A DNA stretch of 50,597 bases, from sequence record SRR22947725_2318, one strand, 5' to 3'. The translations under genes and the position numbers were made by a program. How positions within the stretch are numbered: the stretch's first letter is position 1; each line of letters begins with the position of its first letter. The notes below the pieces were generated by a model, which searched no databases, was not told where the DNA came from, and worked only from the letters and a program-made list of their open reading frames with translations. Of this stretch, positions 29,664 to 38,964 are shown one piece after another.

Positions 29664-29723
29664 ATGATCATCAAATCTAGAGAGAGAAATTATCGGTATT
29701 GTCGCTCCAGGTGCCTTCACTAG
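29664..29723 (+). CDS. putative Arg-rich leader peptide of the arg operon (MIIKSRERNYRYCRSRCLH)
   Basis: 19 codons, 5 of them Arg (AGA, AGA, CGG, CGC, AGG). Stop is 76 nt upstream of the argJ ATG and the ORF overlaps a hairpin. Confidence 0.6.
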   Translation: MIIKSRERNYRYCRSRCLH

Positions 29724-29799
29724 AAGTTCCGGGCGGCATTCTCTCTATTTACGTTTCTTTCATTTCTCCCGTTTGCTTCAACCTTTGTATTTCAAAGCG

Positions 29800-31137
29800 A
29801 TGAGTATTTCTATTATTTCCGGTTCCGTAACTTCTCCCAAGGGTTTCCTGGGGGCAGGAGTTTTTTGTGATGTAAAACGAATGGGTACTGGCAAGGGTTC
29901 CAACAAGGGGCGCAAATTGGATTTGGGTGTCATATACTCAAAGGCTCCCTGCGCAGCTGCCGGCATGTTTACGACCAATCAAATTTGTGCTGCTCCAGTT
30001 AAAGTCTGTGTTGATCATCTGAAGATCGGCAAAGCTCGGGCTGTGGTTGTGAACTCGGGGAATGCCAATGCGTGTACGGGATCAAAAGGGCGCGAGGATG
30101 CGGAATCAATGTGTCGTCAAACGGCCAAGCATCTAGGCATTAAAACGTCCGAGGTCTTTGTGGCTTCCACTGGTCGGATTGGTCTACCGCTTCCGATGCC
30201 AAATATTCGTCGGGGTGTTGAGGCTGCATGCGGTCAATTGACGACTGAATCTGTGGGTGGGGATCAATTGGCCGAGGCTATCATGACCAGCGATACACAT
30301 CCAAAACAATATGCGCTAGAGGTCAACTTGGGTGGCAAAAAAGTCACGATCGGTGGTGTCGCCAAAGGTGCAGGGATGATTCAGCCGGGGATGAGTCCAA
30401 CTGGTAACAGACCTTACAGTATGCCCCTGCATGCCACCATGCTTTCGTTCATCACCACGGACGCTGCTATCAGCAAACCAACCTTACAGCGCTGCCTCAC
30501 GGAGGCAGTTGCTTCGACTTTTAACCGAATCACAGTGGACGGTGATATGAGCACGAACGATACAGTACTGGTTTTAGCGAACGGATTGGCCGAAAATCAG
30601 ACCATCAGGCATACTGCAAAGGATGCCATCTCAAAATCCTCATTAACCTTGTTTCAACAAGCTCTGAATCTGGTTTGTTTTGCGCTTGCTAAAATGCTGG
30701 TTAAGGACGGCGAAGGTGTATCTCGGTTCGTCACTGTACGTGTGGCAGGTGCCAAAACTAATCAGCAAGCAGATGCAGCCGTTCGGTCTGTGGCCAACAG
30801 CTCGCTGGTAAAAACCAGCTGGCTGGGTGGAGATCCCAATTGGGGAAGGATTATCGATGCGCTTGGTTATTCGGATGCCACCGTGGAAGAAAACAAAGTG
30901 GACATCGGCTACAGCGCAGCAGGTTCAAGTAAGATCCTGTATTCATTGAAGGCAGGCAAACCCACGCGCGTTACCTTTGAGCGACTTTGTAGAGCCGTGG
31001 CTGACCCTGAATTTGATTTGCATGTCAATTTAAACCTAGGGAAAGGCAAAGCCGTCATGTATGCGAGTGATTTAACTGAGGAATATGTTGAGTTCAATAA
31101 GGGGGATGTGACTGACCCTGCTTCATTGGGGGGATAA
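29800..31137 (+). CDS. argJ: bifunctional ornithine acetyltransferase / N-acetylglutamate synthase
   Basis: NSGNANACTG, STGRIG, KGAGMI, ATML, ITVDGDMSTND, DGEG and DPNWGRI. Confidence 0.97.
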   Translation: MSISIISGSVTSPKGFLGAGVFCDVKRMGTGKGSNKGRKLDLGVIYSKAPCAAAGMFTTNQICAAPVKVCVDHLKIGKARAVVVNSGNANACTGSKGREDAESMCRQTAKHLGIKTSEVFVASTGRIGLPLPMPNIRRGVEAACGQLTTESVGGDQLAEAIMTSDTHPKQYALEVNLGGKKVTIGGVAKGAGMIQPGMSPTGNRPYSMPLHATMLSFITTDAAISKPTLQRCLTEAVASTFNRITVDGDMSTNDTVLVLANGLAENQTIRHTAKDAISKSSLTLFQQALNLVCFALAKMLVKDGEGVSRFVTVRVAGAKTNQQADAAVRSVANSSLVKTSWLGGDPNWGRIIDALGYSDATVEENKVDIGYSAAGSSKILYSLKAGKPTRVTFERLCRAVADPEFDLHVNLNLGKGKAVMYASDLTEEYVEFNKGDVTDPASLGG

Positions 31138-31147
31138 AACGATTGTC

Positions 31148-32026
31148 ATGGAACATCTAATTAACAAGGCAACTGTGCTCCTAGAAGCGCTTCCTTACAT
31201 TCAAAAATTCAATGGGGCTACTTTTGTTGTCAAATACGGAGGAAGTTTCATGGATTCGCCAGACGAATCCGTACGTCAAGGCGTGGCTCGTGACGTCGTA
31301 TTTCTAGAGGCGGTAGAAATCAACCCAGTTGTCGTTCATGGAGGAGGCAAGGCCATTTCGAGAGCCATGAAGGCAGAGGGGCTCTTGCCCAGGTTCGAAC
31401 AGGGCCATCGAGTAACCGATGAGAAAGCCGTTCAACTCGTCCACGAAGTTTTATCGCATCAAATCAACCCTGAAATAGTCAAAACTATCAATGCACTGGG
31501 TGGAGTCGCTCGGGGTTTCTCTGGTACCGAAATTTTCAAGTGTCACAGAAAATTGGTGGATGGGCCGGATGGGGATCAAATCGACATCGGCTACGTTGGA
31601 GAGGTTGTAGAAGTGAATACCAAACCACTCCTGGAATGCATTGCCAATGGAGTGACGCCAGTCATCAGTCCCACAGCGATTGGAGAGGATGGGCATATTC
31701 ACAATTGCAATGCCGATATTGCGGCGGCAGTAACGGCCACCTCATTGAAGGCAAAGCGCTTGGTATTCATGAGCGATGTTCCTGGTCTTTTGCAGGACCC
31801 TGAAAACCCAGACTCACTGATCTCGCATCTGAGAGTTCAAGATGTTGCCGTGTTAAAACAAAAAGGCATCATTGGGGCCGGAATGATTCCCAAAGTGGAT
31901 AGCGCGACCAAGGCCATTGAAGCCGGTGTGGATAAAGTATCCTTCGTGGATGGTAGAGTGAATCATTCAGTTTTGCTTGAAATATTTACTGATCAAGGGG
32001 TTGGGACTGAAATAGTGTTGCGTTAA
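31148..32026 (+). CDS. argB: acetylglutamate kinase
   Basis: EALPYI, VKYGG, VVVHGGG, NADIAA and GMIPKV. Confidence 0.97.
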   Translation: MEHLINKATVLLEALPYIQKFNGATFVVKYGGSFMDSPDESVRQGVARDVVFLEAVEINPVVVHGGGKAISRAMKAEGLLPRFEQGHRVTDEKAVQLVHEVLSHQINPEIVKTINALGGVARGFSGTEIFKCHRKLVDGPDGDQIDIGYVGEVVEVNTKPLLECIANGVTPVISPTAIGEDGHIHNCNADIAAAVTATSLKAKRLVFMSDVPGLLQDPENPDSLISHLRVQDVAVLKQKGIIGAGMIPKVDSATKAIEAGVDKVSFVDGRVNHSVLLEIFTDQGVGTEIVLR

Positions 32027-32072
32027 TTTAACGGAATCAACGGATTAACGAGGTTTTCCCCAAAAATACAAG

Positions 32073-33356
32073 ATGAATCATAACAAAACAACATCAGCAT
32101 CGATCAGTGAAACAAATCATGCGGTACAATCTTTGTTTAACGATTACGTTGTGCCCACGTACGGTCGGTTTCCTTTGACTATTGAACGGGGTGAAGGAAG
32201 TCAGGTATGGGATGTTGATGGACGTCGTTACCTCGATATGGGGGGAGGCATAGCCGTCAATGCTCTTGGGCATTCACATCCTGAATTGGTGGAGACGATT
32301 TCAAATCAGGCTGCTACTCTGATCCACTGCTGCAATTTGTACCATCAGCCTTTGCAAGGTCAACTGGCGCGTGCTCTGGTGGATAGAATAGGATCAGGGA
32401 AATGCTTTTTTGCGAACAGTGGTGCTGAAGCCAATGAAGGTATGTTCAAGCTTGCAAGAAAGTACGGCCATGAGGAAGGCAGGTACGAGATCCTGACTTG
32501 CATGCAATCTTTTCATGGACGAACCATGGCGTGTATTGCTGCGACCGGGCAGGAAAAAGTAAAACAGGGATTTTCCCCGATGATGCCTGGGTTTCGTCAT
32601 GTGCCCTTCAATAATCTCGAAGCCATGGAAAAGGCAATCAGTCCTTCCACCGTCGCCATCATGATCGAGGGCATTCAGGGTGAAGGGGGTATCTGTTCTG
32701 CCGATCCTTCCTATTTGAGAGGGCTACGGTCTTTGTGTGATAAGCACCGCTTATTGTTACTCTGGGATGGAGTTCAATGCGGTCATTATCGTACAGGGGC
32801 TTTCCAAAGTTATTCATCAATCCTAGGCGATGAGGAAAATGAATCTTCATTTTTACCAGATGCGATCTCCATGGCGAAGTCTATAGGAGGAGGATTTCCT
32901 TTTGGCGCTTTCTGGGTAAGAGAACCATATCAAGATATTCTGGGGCCAGGGACCCACGGGACCACATTTGGTGGAAACCCTCTGGGTTGTTCAGTTGCAT
33001 TGAAAATCCTGGAAATCATTGAAAGAGATCAGCTGGAGCAAAATGCAGTTGAAATGGGATGTTTGCTTGCGAACAAATTAAAAGCTTTGGCAGAAAAATA
33101 CCCTGGTTTGATTCAGGGTATTCGAGGGATGGGGCTGATGATTGGTATTGTTTTTAATCCGGATATATCGGCCTTGGCGGATGACCCACGTCCTGTTTCT
33201 CTTCAGATGGTGGAAAGGCTTCACTCCCGCGGAATGCTCACCATTCCTTCGGGAATTCAGGTCGTGCGGTTTTTGCCCGCACTCAACATCACTTCAGCTG
33301 AAGTAAAGGAGGCATTATCCATTTTAAACGACACTTTAGAATCAATTGAATCATGA
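32073..33356 (+). CDS. argD: acetylornithine aminotransferase
   Basis: GIAVNALGH, NSGAEANE, SFHGRT, IQGEGG, MAK(PLP) and HGTTFGGNPL; arg operon context. Confidence 0.93.
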   Translation: MNHNKTTSASISETNHAVQSLFNDYVVPTYGRFPLTIERGEGSQVWDVDGRRYLDMGGGIAVNALGHSHPELVETISNQAATLIHCCNLYHQPLQGQLARALVDRIGSGKCFFANSGAEANEGMFKLARKYGHEEGRYEILTCMQSFHGRTMACIAATGQEKVKQGFSPMMPGFRHVPFNNLEAMEKAISPSTVAIMIEGIQGEGGICSADPSYLRGLRSLCDKHRLLLLWDGVQCGHYRTGAFQSYSSILGDEENESSFLPDAISMAKSIGGGFPFGAFWVREPYQDILGPGTHGTTFGGNPLGCSVALKILEIIERDQLEQNAVEMGCLLANKLKALAEKYPGLIQGIRGMGLMIGIVFNPDISALADDPRPVSLQMVERLHSRGMLTIPSGIQVVRFLPALNITSAEVKEALSILNDTLESIES

Positions 33357-34249
33357 AACATTTCCTGAGTCTTGAAGAACAAAGGATCGAGGATTTCGAA
33401 GCAATCCTTGATTTAGCAGATAAACTGAAAGCGGAACGAACCAATACAACATTCCGCCCATTGGCCAATCAAACGTGGGCCATGATTTTCTCTAAATCAT
33501 CAACGCGAACACGAGTTTCTTTCGAAGTCGGGGTGAGAGAATTAGGTGGTCAGGTTATTTTCCTTACTGCTAATGACATGCAGTTGGGGAGGGGAGAGCC
33601 CATCAAGGACACTGCTCGTGTGTTGGGCCGCATGGTGCATGGTGCGATCATCCGAACCTATGCTCATCAGGATGTCGTTGATTTTGCGGCATACAGCATG
33701 ATCCCAACCGTCAATGCGCTGACTGACCACGCGCATCCATGTCAGATAGTTGCCGACTTGATGACTATCCGAGAAAAGCTGGGTTCCATCAAAGGAAAGG
33801 TAGTGACATTCGTTGGCGACGGTGCCTGCAATGTTGCAACCTCCTGGGTGTTTGCCTCAATCAAGCTAGGTTTTGAGCTACGCATTGCTTCGCCGAAAGC
33901 TTTTTTTCCGGCGAAAGATCTCATTGAGAAGACTGGTTCCAACGTGATCGTTACCCAGGACCTTGAAGCTGCTGTGGAAGGCAGTGATGTTCTGTACACC
34001 GACGTATGGGTCTCCATGGGGAAGGAAGAAGAGTCGAAAAGCCGACTTGAAATGTTTAAAGGCTACCAGATAAATACTCCATTGATGGCGAAAGCGAACC
34101 CGAATGCTTTGTTAATGCATTGTTTGCCAGCATATCGCGGTAAAGAAGTGAGTGAGGAAGCTTTAGAAGAGCATTCTACGACTATTTTTGATCAAGCCGA
34201 GAACCGATTGCATGCGCAGAAAGCCATTATGTCGTGGCTTGTTGAATAG
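33353..34249 (+). CDS. argF: ornithine carbamoyltransferase
   Basis: STRTRVSF, HPCQ, DVWVSMG, HCLP and QAENRLH. Confidence 0.97.
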   Translation: MKHFLSLEEQRIEDFEAILDLADKLKAERTNTTFRPLANQTWAMIFSKSSTRTRVSFEVGVRELGGQVIFLTANDMQLGRGEPIKDTARVLGRMVHGAIIRTYAHQDVVDFAAYSMIPTVNALTDHAHPCQIVADLMTIREKLGSIKGKVVTFVGDGACNVATSWVFASIKLGFELRIASPKAFFPAKDLIEKTGSNVIVTQDLEAAVEGSDVLYTDVWVSMGKEEESKSRLEMFKGYQINTPLMAKANPNALLMHCLPAYRGKEVSEEALEEHSTTIFDQAENRLHAQKAIMSWLVE

Positions 34250-34320
34250 ACTATACCTAAAAAAAACTCAGGAGTTAAAAGCCCTTGAAGATAGGCTGTA
34301 TCTAACGCAATATACCTTTT

Positions 34321-34941
34321 ATGCACTGTAAAACCTTCATTTTTGCGATTTACTTTTGCACTGTTTCGGTGGGGACAGGCTTGCAAGCTCAGGATTCAAA
34401 TCTCAAAAACACCATCTTTCTACTTCAACAGGAAACTGAAGAACGCTATCGCAAATTGCGAGCTGAAATCGATGATGCTCAGACAGCTAATTTATCCCTC
34501 ATGCAGAGGATGCAGGCGCTTGAGAAGGAAAATCGTTCTTTGAGACGTGAAGTCGCAAAGATTCCGAAATCTCCTGTTTCCGAATCGGATTTAGCGAAAC
34601 TTTCGGAAGCACTCATAGATCGCATTAAGACAGTAGACAAAAAGCGAGCTGGTGATAACAAGGCTTTGGTGAATCAGATCAAGGATCTTGTCACAGCGGT
34701 GAATAAACTGAGCATCAAAGCAGTTGCAACACCTTTAAAGCCTGCCAAGCCGCAGCGGGTCCCCAAAAAGATAGCGGAAGTCACCATCGAGCCCAATTAC
34801 ACGATTTCGGCCATTGCTGAGGCTTACCGACTGGAGGGTGTCAATGTTACCATTGCTGAGATTTTGGAAGCAAATCCACAAATCACTGATCCCAGAAAAA
34901 TCAAAGTGGGGGACGTGATTATCATCCCTATCGAGTGGTGA
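34321..34941 (+). CDS. secreted coiled-coil + LysM domain protein
   Basis: Signal peptide, coiled coil and C-terminal 'TISAIA...ILEANPQITDPRKIKVGDVIIIP'. Confidence 0.85.
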   Translation: MHCKTFIFAIYFCTVSVGTGLQAQDSNLKNTIFLLQQETEERYRKLRAEIDDAQTANLSLMQRMQALEKENRSLRREVAKIPKSPVSESDLAKLSEALIDRIKTVDKKRAGDNKALVNQIKDLVTAVNKLSIKAVATPLKPAKPQRVPKKIAEVTIEPNYTISAIAEAYRLEGVNVTIAEILEANPQITDPRKIKVGDVIIIPIEW

Positions 34942-34998
34942 ATAACAGTTTTTGTGCTTTGATGCAGTTTTGGCACTGAGTGAGTTGGGGATTTGATC

Positions 34999-35364
34999 AT
35001 GGTTTATTTACTCTACTCTGCTGGAGCTATTATCTGTTGCGGAGTCATTGGGATCACACTTTGTGCAACGGTCAATTACAGACTGAAATCGAGCCATCTT
35101 GTTATTTATTGCCTCGGTATTCCTGTGAGGCAATTTGCACTCAAGGATATGACCTCCATCTCGAAGCGCCGCAGGTTCCGAGGTGAGTTCTGGGTAAATA
35201 CCCTGGCCTTAAAACATCGCAAATTAGTGATCAGGCGTGAGCGTGGATTGTTCAGGGAATTGATCATCACTCCGCGTTACCGATATGCCTTTCGCAAACA
35301 ACTGGAGGAAGCAGTTGAAGAGGTGAGATCACAGTCCTTGATTGTTGAAAATGAAGATAGCTGA
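34999..35364 (+). CDS. small membrane-anchored hypothetical protein (possible PH-like fold)
   Basis: N-terminal TM helix, basic beta-rich body ending 'IITP..RYAFRKQLEEAV'. Confidence 0.6.
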   Translation: MVYLLYSAGAIICCGVIGITLCATVNYRLKSSHLVIYCLGIPVRQFALKDMTSISKRRRFRGEFWVNTLALKHRKLVIRRERGLFRELIITPRYRYAFRKQLEEAVEEVRSQSLIVENEDS

Positions 35365-35827
35365 CCTTTTTTCCCTTTTTGTTTTGGTGACGACTTATCA
35401 AGACACGGATGCAGTCAATGATGACCACCCCTATACTGTTTCAATGGTAACAAACACTGTCAGTAATTGTCCTCTGGATGCTTTCATCCGTGCATATTCA
35501 TAGAACGGCCTTCGCGTAGTATAAGGACGTTCTCTAGATTGAGATGTAAAGCCGTTTTGAATGGAGTCAACCAGTCTATTGTAAAAATGAATTCTTCTTT
35601 GATTTTGACGCAAAGAGGGGGCAGTATGACATCAGTCTTTCCAGCAGGGCTATTCCTTCAATATTTGTCCGTATCATGCCTTCATATTATTGAAACGGTT
35701 CATTCACTCTTCAGCGATGGCATCCTACATACGGTGCTGGACGCTATCAAAATTTCTAAGTTTCCACATCGAGCAGGCGTTTTTTTTGATCATTGACACC
35801 TTCCCTCAAACTGAGGCTGCCATTTTC

Positions 35828-35856
35828 TTGATCATCCGCTTTTAACATATTAGATT
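35828..35856 (+). promoter_or_regulatory. sigma70-type promoter of recQ
   Basis: TTGATC-N17-TAGATT. Confidence 0.45.
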
Positions 35857-35902
35857 AATTCCACGTGCACCTGACATTTGATTTAATCGAAGAACTGTAT
35901 AC

Positions 35903-38089
35903 ATGACTCACAACGATTCGTCTCTGGCTGCGCTGCTCAAAGAGCATTTTGGGTTTGAACAATTCCGCCCCTTACAAAAAGAAATTATTCGGTCCGTTCT
36001 TGAAGGCAAGGAAACATTTGCCCTTCTTCCCACAGGGGGAGGGAAGTCACTTTGCTATCAATTGCCTGCATTAACCGACGAGGGATTGACTCTTGTTGTT
36101 TCTCCTCTCATCGCATTGATGAAAGATCAGGTTGATGGTTTGAACGCGGCCGGGATTCCCGCTACTTTTCTCAATTCATCTCTTTCTCGTCCCGAAGCTG
36201 CCGAGCGTATGCGAGGTTTGTGGGGAGGGACCTATAAGCTCCTTTATGTGGCGCCAGAACGCCTGATGATACCTGATTTTCTGAGTAATCTGGATCAATG
36301 GAATGTGAATCGGTTTGCCGTTGATGAGGCTCATTGTATCAGCGAGTGGGGACATGATTTTCGCCCGGAGTACCGGAAATTGGGAACATTGAGACAGCGA
36401 TTCCCCAAAGCTCAATTCCTCGCACTAACAGCTACAGCCACGCCGCGCGTCAGAGATGACATCATCAAGGGCTTGCACTTCAGTGAGCCACAAACATTTG
36501 TTGGCAGTTTCAATCGCCCAAACCTGTCCTACAGTGTGAGGCCAAGACAAGATGGAGATGGTCTGGCGCTCGCTTTGACTCGGAGACACAAGGGCGAGAG
36601 TGGTATTGTCTATTGTTTCAGTAGAGCAGCCACTGAGAATCTCGCACGTTTTCTTAAAGACAATGGGGTCAGCTGTAAACCGTATCATGCGGGACTCTCT
36701 GATGAGGAGCGTCGTCAGACACAAGAGGATTTCATTAAAGACAATGTCGATGTGATCTGTGCCACGGTTGCATTTGGAATGGGAATCGATAAACCCAATG
36801 TGAGATTTGTCATGCATTATCACCTTCCCAGAAACATCGAAGGTTATTATCAGGAAACAGGCAGGGCAGGGCGCGATGGACTTCCCAGCGAATGTGTTTT
36901 GCTCTTCAGCGCGAGCGATGAAATTAAGTACCGGCGTCTTTGGGAGGATAAGGCAAGTGAACAAGAGCGCAAAGTAGCTATTGACCAATTACTTGCCATG
37001 AGTCATTTCGCTGAAAGTGCGGATTGTCGACGTGCTGGTTTACTCAACTATTTCGATGAACATTTCGACGAAATTCCTTGTGGCGGATGCGACAATTGTC
37101 TCAGTCCACGTGCAAAAATGGACGGCACAGTCATTGCGCAGAAACTGATGTCCTGCGTATTCCGTGTCAGGGAGCACAGTGGTTTTTCAGTAGGATTGAG
37201 GCATTTGATTGAGGTCTTGACCGGAGCCAATACGGAAAAAATACGGCAATGGGGGCATCAGGCCTTGAGTACTTACGGAATAGGTAAGGAATATTCACGG
37301 GATGCATGGATGCATTTTGGTCGAGAACTCATGCGCAAAGGCCTCTTGAATCAAGATGCTGATCAATACAATACCATTCAAATGACCGAGAGGGGAAATC
37401 AGTTCCTTAAAGGGAAAGAGACCATTGCCCTGACCGAGCGGCCGGTTAAACCAGATGCGGCCATTGCGAGGACCCTTGCATCAGGTGATGAATATGATCA
37501 TGGGCTGTTCGAAACCATTCGTGGCCTGAGGAAGCAGTTGGCCGATGAGCAAGGAGTACCCGCCTACACTATATTCTCTGATGTTGCCTTGCGCCAGATG
37601 GCCGCGTACTATCCCGTCGATCTTCAATCATTCAGCAAGATTTCAGGTGTTGGTAGAGTGAAACTGGACTCCTACGGCCCCTCCTTTGTTGAAACGATTA
37701 AGACATTCTTGGATGCCAACCCTCGACAGAATTACAACCACCCGCAACCGGACTCCAAGCCTGTTCGTGAGCGCGATGCTTCCAGACCCGGTGAAACCGT
37801 CTTCAAAACAGTCAGGATGTTCAACGATGGGCTGGACCTTCATTCGATTGCTCAAACCAGAGAGATTGGCATCCAAACGGTGGAACAGCATCTGGCAAAG
37901 GCGGTGATCGCAGATCTCGAATTACGGGATCACGCTTGGTTCACGCAGGAGGAAGCTGATACCATGGAAAAAGCCTTCACTGAACTTGGTGATGATCGAC
38001 TGGCTCCCGTAAGAGAATCCCTGAATGAATCGGTGACTTATCTGCAACTTCAAATTTACCGAGCCATGCGAAGGAAAACTTCAAAATAA
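35903..38089 (+). CDS. recQ: ATP-dependent DNA helicase RecQ
   Basis: PTGGGKSLCYQ, DEAHCISEWGHDFRP, QETGRAGRDG, Zn-binding RQC cysteines, HRDC and C-terminal HTH. Confidence 0.98.
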   Translation: MTHNDSSLAALLKEHFGFEQFRPLQKEIIRSVLEGKETFALLPTGGGKSLCYQLPALTDEGLTLVVSPLIALMKDQVDGLNAAGIPATFLNSSLSRPEAAERMRGLWGGTYKLLYVAPERLMIPDFLSNLDQWNVNRFAVDEAHCISEWGHDFRPEYRKLGTLRQRFPKAQFLALTATATPRVRDDIIKGLHFSEPQTFVGSFNRPNLSYSVRPRQDGDGLALALTRRHKGESGIVYCFSRAATENLARFLKDNGVSCKPYHAGLSDEERRQTQEDFIKDNVDVICATVAFGMGIDKPNVRFVMHYHLPRNIEGYYQETGRAGRDGLPSECVLLFSASDEIKYRRLWEDKASEQERKVAIDQLLAMSHFAESADCRRAGLLNYFDEHFDEIPCGGCDNCLSPRAKMDGTVIAQKLMSCVFRVREHSGFSVGLRHLIEVLTGANTEKIRQWGHQALSTYGIGKEYSRDAWMHFGRELMRKGLLNQDADQYNTIQMTERGNQFLKGKETIALTERPVKPDAAIARTLASGDEYDHGLFETIRGLRKQLADEQGVPAYTIFSDVALRQMAAYYPVDLQSFSKISGVGRVKLDSYGPSFVETIKTFLDANPRQNYNHPQPDSKPVRERDASRPGETVFKTVRMFNDGLDLHSIAQTREIGIQTVEQHLAKAVIADLELRDHAWFTQEEADTMEKAFTELGDDRLAPVRESLNESVTYLQLQIYRAMRRKTSK

Positions 38090-38150
38090 GCGCGACTTGC
38101 CTTATTCAAATTAGCTTTTGCGACACCCCTTGTTCGATAAAATAGCAATC

Positions 38151-38205
38151 GATCTCTTCCCATGGGATCCCTCTGCCAGTCAGGGGGTTCCCGTGGGAAG
38201 AGATC
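38151..38205 (+). repeat. 25-bp imperfect inverted repeat (core of a possible structured RNA)
   Basis: GATCTCTTCCCATGGGATCCCTCTG-ccagt-CAGGGGGTTCCCGTGGGAAGAGATC; 2 G-U pairs and 1 mismatch on the + strand. Confidence 0.85.
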
Positions 38206-38508
38206 TCAAAGGTTGTCTTTCAGCGCTCTCGGATATGTCTTGCCTGACTGGGTATGGAATCTTATCAGCATGACCACTTCTTTTGTGTGGGGGTATCCTA
38301 TCCAATCTTCCAATCCTTTGATTGAAGAGTGACAGTTTTCGGTGCGCTAAAATTTTTTATCCTATCAAGCAAGCGAAGTCCGGTTTTTTGAGGCAATTAT
38401 TTGTTCCAGCAAAACCTTGAAGAATGTTGGCTTTCCTAGCATAAACATGAAACTTGAGTGTTGCATGTCAGAGGTGCTCCATTTCCAAGAACATGAGCGG
38501 ATATAAAG

Positions 38509-38817
38509 ATGGAAACATATTTCAACAATCTCACGACTGATGAGGGGGGGCATAAACAGTTGCTTCAGGACATCAAGAACTTGATCGAGGAAGCTGAGGG
38601 TTTGATTAAAAATACAGCCGAGGATCTTCCTGAGAATTCGAAAAAGGAACTTCTGGAACGTCTCGAACGTCTGAAAAAATCAAGTTTGCGCATAGATCAA
38701 CAGACATATGCAGGTGTAGAGGTTGTCGATCAGATTATTCGTCGATATCCGTATCAGTCCCTTGGCGTAGCGGCTCTTGGAGGCATGGTGCTGGGTATCA
38801 TTCTCAACAAACGTTAG
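38509..38817 (+). CDS. DUF883 / ElaB-YqjD family tail-anchored protein
   Basis: 'LLQDIKNLIEEAEGLI' N-terminus and 'IIRRYPYQSLGVAALGGMVLGIIL' C-terminus. Confidence 0.88.
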   Translation: METYFNNLTTDEGGHKQLLQDIKNLIEEAEGLIKNTAEDLPENSKKELLERLERLKKSSLRIDQQTYAGVEVVDQIIRRYPYQSLGVAALGGMVLGIILNKR

Positions 38818-38964
38818 CTCCACAGTTTATGAGATTGGGCAGAACATCTGCGGTAATTGATAATTGTGGCTCCGTAGCTTCATTCACTCACACATAATTC
38901 TTGCCTATGGGGTCAATTTCCATTGTCCCTCTGATGAGAACTCAAGACACCAAGTAATTGCATC

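Noticed and set aside
32027-32052. Short tandem AACGGA-like repeats between argB and argD
   Set aside because: Only three degenerate units of about 8-9 nt; not CRISPR-like and no evidence of function.
35467-35796. 109-aa plus-strand ORF
   Set aside because: TTG start, no motif and atypical composition.
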